Shown in pieces: positions 12,876 to 21,052 of a stretch of 64,000 nt of DNA. Both the position numbers and the translations under genes were made by a program. The DNA comes from Aulosira sp. ZfuVER01 (GTDB lineage Bacteria > Cyanobacteriota > Cyanobacteriia > Cyanobacteriales > Nostocaceae). The DNA is taken from positions 64,001 to 128,000 of the forward strand of contig JAVRCV020000071.1 in the NCBI GenBank assembly GCA_034530615.2. Reading direction: 5' to 3'. Positions within the stretch are counted from its first letter, which is position 1; each line of letters starts with the position of its first letter. The notes below the pieces were generated by a model. It ran no database searches. It saw only the letters and a list, made by a program, of their open reading frames with translations, and was not told where the DNA came from.

Positions 12876-13352
12876 ATGGCACTACTTACCACTGGCAACG
12901 CTTTTATTCGCGAACTCGAAAAAGTTGGCTCTCTTGGTGTTTATGTACCTCCCGAAGGGGGTTATGAAGGTCGATATCGCCGCCGACTGCGTGCAACTGG
13001 CTATGAAACTCTCCATATTAGCGCTAAGGGGCTGGGAGATTTGGCTGCCTATCTCACGGGAGTGCATGGAGTCAGACCGCCTCATTTGGGTAAAAAAAGT
13101 ACTGGTACTGGTGCGGCAGTAGGCTCTGTATACTATTTGCCGCCTATCATCAGTTCTCACCTAGAACAGTTACCACCAAAGTCCAAGGGGCTGGTTTTGT
13201 GGATTATTGAGGGGCATATTCTTTCCAATCAGGAGCTTGATTTTTTAACGGCTTTACCTCGCTTGGAACCAAAAGTAAAAGTAGTAATTGAGAGGGGTGG
13301 CGATCGCGCCTTCCGTTGGACTCCTCTAGAAAAAACGCTTTTAGCTAGTTAG
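12876..13352 (+). CDS. ndhN: NAD(P)H-quinone oxidoreductase (NDH-1) subunit N
   Basis: PEGGYEGRYRRRLRATGY, HGVRPPHLGK. Confidence 0.96.
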   Translation: MALLTTGNAFIRELEKVGSLGVYVPPEGGYEGRYRRRLRATGYETLHISAKGLGDLAAYLTGVHGVRPPHLGKKSTGTGAAVGSVYYLPPIISSHLEQLPPKSKGLVLWIIEGHILSNQELDFLTALPRLEPKVKVVIERGGDRAFRWTPLEKTLLAS

Positions 13353-13398
13353 TCATTGGTCATTAGTCATTGGTCATTTGACTCTTGACTTTTGACTA
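13346..13398. repeat. STRR heptamer blocks in inverted arrangement between convergent genes
   Basis: GTCATTR x4, then TTGACTY x3. Confidence 0.75.
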
Positions 13399-13869
13399 TC
13401 AGTTCAATTCCATCAGCATTTCTATAGTGCTGATGCGAAAACCACAGGATGCAAACAACCGTCGCGCCGCTTCGTTAATAGCTGCGGTATCTAGCCTGAT
13501 TTGCTTGACTCCCATTTCCTTAAAGCTTTCCATAGCCAGCATCACCATCTGCCGTGCTACTCCTTGTTGGCGATATTCTGGCTCAACCCAAATATCATGA
13601 ATAAAGGCAAATTCTTGTAACCGATAAATTGGAATTTCGCGTTCAACTGTCGCTACTAGAAACGCTACCAAATTCTCTTCATCTTCAGTTACTAAAAATA
13701 CATCTCTATCATTAATTGCCAATCGCCCCAACCATTTTTCATAACGCTGCTCTGGATAAGGAAGAAAACCATATTTAGCAGAATCCCAAGAGTCATGCAA
13801 AGCACAAATCTTAGCAACCATTGGTAAAACTTTGGGTACGTCGGCTGGGATAGCGGTGCGGATGAGCAT
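13399..13869 (-). CDS. GNAT-family N-acetyltransferase
   Basis: IWVEPEYRQQGVA acetyl-CoA motif A; NEAARRLFASCGFR; probable start ATG 13869. Confidence 0.9.
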   Translation of the reverse strand: MLIRTAIPADVPKVLPMVAKICALHDSWDSAKYGFLPYPEQRYEKWLGRLAINDRDVFLVTEDEENLVAFLVATVEREIPIYRLQEFAFIHDIWVEPEYRQQGVARQMVMLAMESFKEMGVKQIRLDTAAINEAARRLFASCGFRISTIEMLMELN

Positions 13870-14032
13870 AATTTCTGGAAGCACAAATAGGCTGAAAAAT
13901 GCTAGATTGCTCTGATTATTTGATCTTATTGCCAAAATACAACACCCTAGAAGGGTGTGGCTATAAAAACAAAGCCCGCCTGCACGGCCTGTAAGGATTT
14001 TATATTATGCCTGTCCAATTGGGTGTTTCTTC

Positions 14033-14710
14033 TTACTGCTGAATCTGTTGCAAAAGGAATTGTGTCTTTTGATACCCTGGTGTATTTCCTTGCTGCTGAA
14101 ATAAACTTGCAGCTTGCTGGAGGTCTGTAACGGCACTTTTGCGATCGCCTAAAGCATATAGTGCCAATCCTCTGTTACCGTAAGCATCAGCTAAGGTAGA
14201 GTCGATTTTAATTGCCTGAGTAAAGTTGGAGATGGCTTGTTGATGCTTGCCATTTTTAAAATGAGCGAGTCCCAAGTTATAGTATCCATCTGGCGATCGC
14301 GGGTCTATTTTTACTGACTGGTTAAAATCAGCAATAGCTTTTTGCAAGTTTCCTACTTCGACATAGGAGATACCGCGACCATTGTAAGCGTCTGTGTGGC
14401 GAGGATTAATTTGTAGTGCTTGATTGTAGTCAGCGATCGCAGATTGAAAATCTCCCAAATTAGTTTTTGCTAAACCCCGTAAACAAAAACCTTCATAAAA
14501 TTTTGGGTTTAAGCGTACCACTTCGTTAAAGTCTGCAATAGCTGCGTTGAAGTTACCCTGCGCTAGCTTTTGTACACCCTGGTTGTAATGCTGTTGAACA
14601 TCCACCGATTTCTCTGTTTTTGATGAAGCTTCAGCTTGAGCGATCGGAGACATCACACCCAGTAACATCGTTATTCCCAAGATAGTGAATGCTTGCTGAA
14701 TAGGTTTCAT
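14033..14710 (-). CDS. Secreted tetratricopeptide-repeat protein
   Basis: Signal peptide (AQA) and about 5 TPRs (AIADFNQ..I.P...AY.NRG). Confidence 0.9.
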   Translation of the reverse strand: MKPIQQAFTILGITMLLGVMSPIAQAEASSKTEKSVDVQQHYNQGVQKLAQGNFNAAIADFNEVVRLNPKFYEGFCLRGLAKTNLGDFQSAIADYNQALQINPRHTDAYNGRGISYVEVGNLQKAIADFNQSVKIDPRSPDGYYNLGLAHFKNGKHQQAISNFTQAIKIDSTLADAYGNRGLALYALGDRKSAVTDLQQAASLFQQQGNTPGYQKTQFLLQQIQQ

Positions 14711-14907
14711 ATTTTTTTCCTCCAGCAGTATCTTCTTCTATGGATCATTGTACTGAGGAAGCAGGAATTAGATTTGAATGTCCGATTTGTTACAAACCTT
14801 TTGAAATTAGACTCTATTTGTAACAAAAACTGTAACAACGATGTATTTAACAATTTATCCGTCTAAATTGATGTAAAAACTCCGCGTAATCCCTGAGTAG
14901 ACGGGTA

Positions 14908-15762
14908 ATGATACTTAATGATATCCGAGATTATCAGATTCTCTTTCTTTCCTTGTTCCTAGTTTTGGGAATTGGTACAAGGGACTGGACGCTGCGACCG
15001 GAGTTAATAGGAGTAGCGATCGCGACTTGTCTATTAACGCAATGGATTTTGTCGTCAGCGATTAGCCCAGAACAAAAGCTGAATATTCGTAGTGCCTTAA
15101 TTACCTCATTGGGACTCAGTTTACTGTTGCGGGCGGATCATTGGACAACAATGGCTTTGGCCGCAGTAAGTGCGATCGCTAGCAAATTTCTCTTCCAAGT
15201 TGGTAAAAAGCATTTCTTCAATCCAGCGAATTTTGGCATTATTACCGCCTTGCTACTCACCTCTGATGCTTGGGTTTCACCAGGACAGTGGGGAGAGGAT
15301 TGGTGGTATGGGCTGTTATTTGTCGGGACTGGTGGCATGATTGTGCAGCGAGTTGGTCGCTGGGACACTACCTCCGCCTTCTTGGGTTCCTACGCATTGC
15401 TAGAGGCGATTCGTAATGTGTGGCTGGGATGGACTTGGGATGTTTATTGGCATCGGTTGATGAGTGGATCTTTGTTGTTATTTGCCCTATTTATGGTCAC
15501 CGATCCTCGGTCAATTCCCAATGCCAGAATCGCACGTATAGTTTGGGCAATCTGCATCGCCATATTCACTTTTATACTGCGGAATTATTTCTTTATTTCC
15601 AGCGCAGTTTTTTGGGCACTGTTTATCCTAGCACCGTTGACCATTCTGTTCGATGCCTTCTGGTCAGCCTCAGAATATTCCTGGTTTAGTAAAGATGGGA
15701 ACACTAGTGTTACTGAAAATTCCCCAGTATCTAGCACTCAGCCCTTAATTCCTAGTCCCTAA
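14908..15762 (+). CDS. Stand-alone RnfD/NqrB-like membrane protein
   Basis: KHFFNPANFG and FMVTDPRSIP motifs; multi-TM; no other rnf/nqr genes in the window. Confidence 0.8.
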   Translation: MILNDIRDYQILFLSLFLVLGIGTRDWTLRPELIGVAIATCLLTQWILSSAISPEQKLNIRSALITSLGLSLLLRADHWTTMALAAVSAIASKFLFQVGKKHFFNPANFGIITALLLTSDAWVSPGQWGEDWWYGLLFVGTGGMIVQRVGRWDTTSAFLGSYALLEAIRNVWLGWTWDVYWHRLMSGSLLLFALFMVTDPRSIPNARIARIVWAICIAIFTFILRNYFFISSAVFWALFILAPLTILFDAFWSASEYSWFSKDGNTSVTENSPVSSTQPLIPSP

Positions 15763-15796
15763 ATGTTTGAAACACTGAACACAGTCGAGAAATAAA

Positions 15797-17173
15797 ATGA
15801 AACCTTTAAGATTTTTCATCCCCATAGTGATGGCATTAATAGCTGTGCTATGTTTTGCCCCCACAGCATGGGCATTCTGTGGATTTTATGTTTCCAAAGC
15901 TGATACCAAGCTGTATAACAAAGCTTCTCAAGTAGTAATTGCGCGGGATGGCGATCGCACTGTCCTGACAATGGCTAACGATTTTCAAGGCGAAGTCAAA
16001 GATTTTGCGATCGTTGTACCTGTACCCACAGTGCTGCAAAAAGAGCAGGTTCATGTTGCTGAACCCAAGATTATCGAGCGTTTAGATGCTTTTAGCGCAC
16101 CGAGATTAGTAGAATATTTCGACTCCGATCCCTGCGCTCGTGTTTATGAGTATGACAAACCTCAAGCAGCGGCTGCACCAGCATCCAGAAATGAAGCAGG
16201 GGGTACGAGAGGGCGTGCTGATAGTTTGGGTGTCACTGTTGAGGCGCGTTTTAACGTTGGCGAATACGACATTGTGATTCTCAGCGCCAAAGAATCTGGA
16301 GGATTGGAAACCTGGCTGAATCGCAATGGCTACAAAATTCCAAAAGGGGCAAAAGAGTTACTTCAGCCCTATGTCCGTTCTTCGATGAAATTCTTTGTTG
16401 CGAAAGTCAACTTAGAGAAATTTGAGACATCTGGCTATCAATTACTTCGTCCGTTACAAATTTCCTACAAATCACCCAAGTTTATACTGCCTATTCGGTT
16501 GGGCATGATTAACGCCGCCAGCGAGCAAGATGTAATTGTCTATATCCTATCGCCCAAAGGACAGGCAGAAACTACCAACTACCGGACGGTAAAAGTTCCT
16601 TCTGATGCCAATATTCCGTTGTTTGTCAAAGATGAATTTGGCGAATTCTATAAGTCTATGTTCCAAACTTCCTACAATAAGGAAGACCGGAAAGTGGCTT
16701 TCTTAGAATATGCTTGGGATATGAGTAGTTGCGATCCTTGTTCTGCTGAACCCTTATCTCGAGAGGAACTCAAGCAAGCAGGTGTATTCTGGTTAGATGG
16801 TGATTCTACCAATGGTGTTCCAGCACCCCGTAGTTTCCGTCCTCCTGTTTCTAGCAGTAGTGTCTTCATTAGTCGGTTGCATATCCGCTATACCCGCAAC
16901 AAATTTCCTGAAGATCCGATGTTCCATGAAACTTCCAATAGCGAATCTTTTCAAGGACGTTACATTTTACAACATCCATTTTCTGGCGACCTTAATTGTC
17001 CAGCAGGGCGAGAATATAAACAATCTTTGCCTAGGCGTTTTGAACAAGAAGCACAAACTCTAGCTAAGTTAACCAATTGGAATATTCAAGACATTCGTCG
17101 CAAGATGAAGTTGACTGTTGGTGATATCACACCTTCTTGGTGGCAAAGTTTCTTTTCTTGGCTGGGATTATAG
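15797..17173 (+). CDS. Exported DUF2330-like protein
   Basis: Signal peptide AWA|FCGFYV, DFAIVVPVP, WL..NGY, FFVAKVN, LPIRLG, CDPC. Confidence 0.8.
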   Translation: MKPLRFFIPIVMALIAVLCFAPTAWAFCGFYVSKADTKLYNKASQVVIARDGDRTVLTMANDFQGEVKDFAIVVPVPTVLQKEQVHVAEPKIIERLDAFSAPRLVEYFDSDPCARVYEYDKPQAAAAPASRNEAGGTRGRADSLGVTVEARFNVGEYDIVILSAKESGGLETWLNRNGYKIPKGAKELLQPYVRSSMKFFVAKVNLEKFETSGYQLLRPLQISYKSPKFILPIRLGMINAASEQDVIVYILSPKGQAETTNYRTVKVPSDANIPLFVKDEFGEFYKSMFQTSYNKEDRKVAFLEYAWDMSSCDPCSAEPLSREELKQAGVFWLDGDSTNGVPAPRSFRPPVSSSSVFISRLHIRYTRNKFPEDPMFHETSNSESFQGRYILQHPFSGDLNCPAGREYKQSLPRRFEQEAQTLAKLTNWNIQDIRRKMKLTVGDITPSWWQSFFSWLGL

Positions 17174-17226
17174 CTAAAGTGCACTCAGTTTACGTGTATT
17201 AAAGTTGTATAGTTTGTTGCTTCAGC

Positions 17227-17271
17227 AAGACGTGGGGATACTTCATCTAACAAGCTCTCCGCGTCTTTTTT
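17227..17271 (+). terminator. Putative intrinsic terminator
   Basis: AAGACGTGGGGA...TCTCCGCGTCTT followed by a T run. Confidence 0.6.
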
Positions 17272-17393
17272 AGTACTTTAGCTCAAGTTATCCACTTAGC
17301 TTATGAGGCGAAAGAATTAATATCACGATAAAGGGTAATTCTTTAGTACATTGTTATACGCAATACTATGATATTCTTGCTTGCTTAACTCAG

Positions 17394-18050
17394 ATGGCTA
17401 TGGTTGAATTGGATGAACAGCTACGCTACTTAGTTGCAAAAGCCTGTGAAAACCCACCTGGAAGTCCTCAGCGTCAGAAGCTGCTCACGCAAATCATTCG
17501 CTTGACTGCAAGTAGACTCTGGAGGGAAAGTACTTCCTATTATCAAGACGCGCTGCAACAAACTTGGTTATATTTTTGTCGCAACATTTGTGAAGCTAAC
17601 ACAGGTCAAGCCTACGATCCTACTTATGGGAGTGTTGTAACTTGGCTGAATGCTTATTTGAAACGCCGACTTCAAGACTTTTACCTCAATCAGCAACGAG
17701 AACAAGTTATTAAAGTCCCTTTAAAGGTACGCCAGTCTAGTTCGGGTGAGAATAGTAACACTATTGATCCAGTAGAAAACCTGGCTGCTACCCCGGAAGC
17801 TCCTCCGATTTTGGAAAACGTCAGGATATGGGCAGAAGCCGATACTAACGGAGAACTACGCGCTACATATATAAAAGGGCGTCCAGATGTTAATTGTCAG
17901 GTGTTAATTTTGAAACGCTTACCCCCAGAAGCTAGTTGGAAAGAATTGTCTGAGGAATTTAATTTATCAATTCCTACTTTAAGCAGTTTTTATCAGCGTC
18001 AGTGTTTGCCACGCTTACGTAAATTTGCGGAAGTTGAAGGGTATTTATAA
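17394..18050 (+). CDS. Cyanobacterial sigma-70-like (ECF-like) protein with C-terminal HTH
   Basis: YQDALQQTWLYFCRNI, region-2-like VTWLNAYLKRRL, HTH SWKELSEEFNLSIPTLSSFYQR. Confidence 0.7.
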   Translation: MAMVELDEQLRYLVAKACENPPGSPQRQKLLTQIIRLTASRLWRESTSYYQDALQQTWLYFCRNICEANTGQAYDPTYGSVVTWLNAYLKRRLQDFYLNQQREQVIKVPLKVRQSSSGENSNTIDPVENLAATPEAPPILENVRIWAEADTNGELRATYIKGRPDVNCQVLILKRLPPEASWKELSEEFNLSIPTLSSFYQRQCLPRLRKFAEVEGYL

Positions 18051-18058
18051 ATTTCAGT

Positions 18059-18640
18059 CTATTCCAATCTGATGTCGCGCCTGAGCGTTACTGAATTGAC
18101 AATGCCATCTTCTACACCATGCTCTTGTGGCGTGACATCCGCAATAACTGCACAAGTGCGTGGCGTATTGGGAATATCAACATCGAATACTAACTTTGTT
18201 GGTCTATTACGATGAAGCTTTGGTGGTTTTGAATAATTACCAAAAGCCTCTCTCAGCATTTTCACTGTAAGTTTGCTGGGATCTGCTAAAGTAAGTTCTA
18301 CGTGCGCTGGCTCATTGGTTCCTGCTTGTCGCACAACCCGCGCCTCTTGAAAAGCCGAATTAGATGGCTGAACAATTACAGGCCAATCCTTTCCCTGGTC
18401 TTCCACAATTGTACCTAGGCTAGTAGCAGCTGCTTGAGCAGTCAAAGGTGCGTTAGATAAAACATTACACAAATTCTGTAAAGTCTCAATCATAGTTGTC
18501 TCCTGATTCAGCTTTGCTTGTAAGGGTGCGATCGCACTTTTATGAGGTTGGGAAATAGATGTTGCACCAGTCTGACAGCTAGCTAAAGCCCAAATAACAA
18601 TGGCGATTATCTGGAGAAGTTTACTTTTTGAGATAAGCAT
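18059..18640 (-). CDS. Predicted lipoprotein, candidate immunity protein
   Basis: MLISKSKLLQIIAIVIWALASC signal with LASC lipobox; ATG 18640 overlaps the upstream gene end by 20 nt. Confidence 0.6.
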   Translation of the reverse strand: MLISKSKLLQIIAIVIWALASCQTGATSISQPHKSAIAPLQAKLNQETTMIETLQNLCNVLSNAPLTAQAAATSLGTIVEDQGKDWPVIVQPSNSAFQEARVVRQAGTNEPAHVELTLADPSKLTVKMLREAFGNYSKPPKLHRNRPTKLVFDVDIPNTPRTCAVIADVTPQEHGVEDGIVNSVTLRRDIRLE

Positions 18641-19880
18641 CTGTAACTGCTCCACCTACTCTCCAAGCATCAGCCTCTTCTGGCAAGTCTCGGTACTTAT
18701 CGTATGTTATGTCATACTGCTGTTGAGCTTTGTCTAGCTTTGCCTTATTAGCATCAGTAGGAGACTTATCATACTGCTCTTGGGCTTTGTCTAAAGCTTT
18801 TTGTTTGGTATCGAGATCTGTAAGAACTCGATCGCGATAATCTGCTTTTGCGCCATAAACACTCTCATACCAGCCTTCAGCTATGAGTGCTTCCATACTG
18901 CCTGATTTGAGGGGGTTGCTGAAAGCACTGCTGGCAATATTGGGGGGAATCCCCATTTCTTTAGCGATCGCTTTGGCAGATTTGCCTTTTCCCGCTAGCA
19001 TCCGCGCCATCATATACCATTGTTCTGCATGGCGGGCTTCATGGTAAACTGTATCAGCTATATCAGCTGCCGCTTCATCAGTTAATGAGGCTTGAGAAAA
19101 AGCTTCTTTGCCTAAGTCTAATGTCCAGGTAGGAAAATCAAACTGACCTGCATCTGTTCCCAAATCTTTAATGGCTTTATTACAAACAGGTACACCGGCA
19201 GCCTGAAGTTGCTTGTTGACTGCTGCTAACAAAGCATCGGCTCGTTCATTTGTAGTTTTCAGTTTTGCCCAATCAGCCTGAACTTGCTTGGCTTCACCTA
19301 CATACTCATTAGTAGCATCAGTTGTTGCTAATCCTGTAGGGAAGGCGGCTGGCAAGGTTCTTGGCCCTGCTTTACCATCGATTTTCAAAGGTGGGTGTTC
19401 CTGCTGCCATTTTGCTACTGCTTGAATTGTCTCGTCATCGATCGCTCCTGTGGGTGTACTTCCGACTGTCTGCTGAATCTGCGTAATAATCTCAGGGGTA
19501 TACTGTTTACTACGGCTAGCATAATAAGCTTTAGCTGAACTCACCTGTGCAGCTGTTAGCAATTCAGCGTCTTTATCCTCGAATCGCTGCACCTCAAAGT
19601 TAGAAGTGAGTTTGGCTTGGGGACGCAGTGAGATGCGGCTAATATCGTGGACTAGAGGCTGTTGTAGTAAAGCGTCTTCTGAAGACAGTTCACTAGCAGA
19701 TGGTAATGCTGGAAAATTGGACGAATCCCCATTTCCTTTTTTCGTCAAAATTCGATCGGCTGAGAAACCAAAGCCGCGTGTTGGGTTCGCCAACGAAGGG
19801 GTTGTTGGTGATGTTAACGATGGATTTGTATATTTGGATGTACCTGCTTTCTGGCGCTGTATCTTGATACGCTCGCTCAT
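18621..19880 (-). CDS. Protein with peptidoglycan-binding-like domain and HExxH motif; candidate secreted effector
   Basis: Low-complexity leader ending HDISRISLRPQAKL..EVQR; TGAIDDETIQAVAKWQ..LKIDGKAGPRT; HEARH at 19043-19029; downstream EADA. Confidence 0.65.
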   Translation of the reverse strand: MSERIKIQRQKAGTSKYTNPSLTSPTTPSLANPTRGFGFSADRILTKKGNGDSSNFPALPSASELSSEDALLQQPLVHDISRISLRPQAKLTSNFEVQRFEDKDAELLTAAQVSSAKAYYASRSKQYTPEIITQIQQTVGSTPTGAIDDETIQAVAKWQQEHPPLKIDGKAGPRTLPAAFPTGLATTDATNEYVGEAKQVQADWAKLKTTNERADALLAAVNKQLQAAGVPVCNKAIKDLGTDAGQFDFPTWTLDLGKEAFSQASLTDEAAADIADTVYHEARHAEQWYMMARMLAGKGKSAKAIAKEMGIPPNIASSAFSNPLKSGSMEALIAEGWYESVYGAKADYRDRVLTDLDTKQKALDKAQEQYDKSPTDANKAKLDKAQQQYDITYDKYRDLPEEADAWRVGGAVTDAYLKK

Positions 19881-20120
19881 CTGGTTCAACCCCCCAGCAG
19901 TAGCCTAGTCACGGCATACTGTTAAGATGCATCATATAGTTTGTGGAGATGCGATCGCTATCGACTTTAGTATAATTGATGCTCTCATCATGAAGCGAAA
20001 TGGAATTTAGAGATTTCTCTGTTGCCTTTTAATAGACATAATATTAAGCTTCCTACAGTTCACAAACCATAGGAAGCAGTGTTCCGGTTAAATACTAAAA
20101 CAGAAGCAAAAGTTCAGGTT

Positions 20121-20612
20121 TTAAATTTCCGCACCTGGTCTTGGTTGAGCACCCATTGGTGCTACATAATCGCGGAAAAGAGTAATTTGCTGCTCAAAAG
20201 CTAGCCCTTTAATTCTATCTAAAAGAGCTTGAGATTGTGAGGGTAGTTTGTAATCAGGAGGTACGGGAATAATAGTTCCTTGATCCATACCTTGAGATAA
20301 GCGATACCAAAATAGTAATTTTGTGGTATCACCAAAAGAACCATATTCACGGGAAATTTGCGTATCGGCTTTGTTAATTAAATCCCGCTGAACTTGTAGT
20401 TGTTCTTCATGAGATAATCTTTGAACTTGATTGAACAAGCTTTCTGCAATTTCTGGGGAAACAGTGCTAGCACCAGGCGCTGCTGGTGTAATTGCTTTAC
20501 CCATTTCTTTGTAGATGAACCAAAACAAAGCGAGTTGTTGATCCACATCCAATTGTTGCCAAGCTTGAACATGTTCGCGAATAGTTGGATCGCCGGTTTG
20601 GGTGTATGTCAT
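20121..20612 (-). CDS. Helical carotenoid protein (stand-alone OCP N-terminal domain)
   Basis: LDVDQQLALFWFIYKEMG..ITPAAP, KLLFWYRLSQGM, FEQQIT; no NTF2-like C-terminal domain. Confidence 0.93.
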   Translation of the reverse strand: MTYTQTGDPTIREHVQAWQQLDVDQQLALFWFIYKEMGKAITPAAPGASTVSPEIAESLFNQVQRLSHEEQLQVQRDLINKADTQISREYGSFGDTTKLLFWYRLSQGMDQGTIIPVPPDYKLPSQSQALLDRIKGLAFEQQITLFRDYVAPMGAQPRPGAEI

Positions 20613-21052
20613 TACAAACTCCGCTTATAACTCTTCAATTTCTTAGACAAAACTAACAAAGTTATATTTGCGATTTAACCCTACTGAAGGCATAAGTATA
20701 GAAATTAAAGCTCACACTAATGGTAAATTTGCAGAAATACAGAATTTCTCAGGATTACATTTGTTAATCTCTAATTTTTAAGATTAAATTCTGCGACCAA
20801 AAGTATCAGAGAAAATTTTATTTTAACCATCCTGAAGGTAGATGTAGATTAATTGAGAATACAAAATTGAATTGCAATTTTTGGTCAGTACTGAAAAAAT
20901 ATTTACGGTTATTGCTCAGGATAAACACCACAGAAACCTGATTTTAGATTGCAGATATATCGCTGGATAGGTTCACTAAATTAGTGCATTTACCCTCTAT
21001 GCTGAAAGTGGTCTAGCCTAGTAAGCACAAAAATTAGAGGGGATTATTCAAT

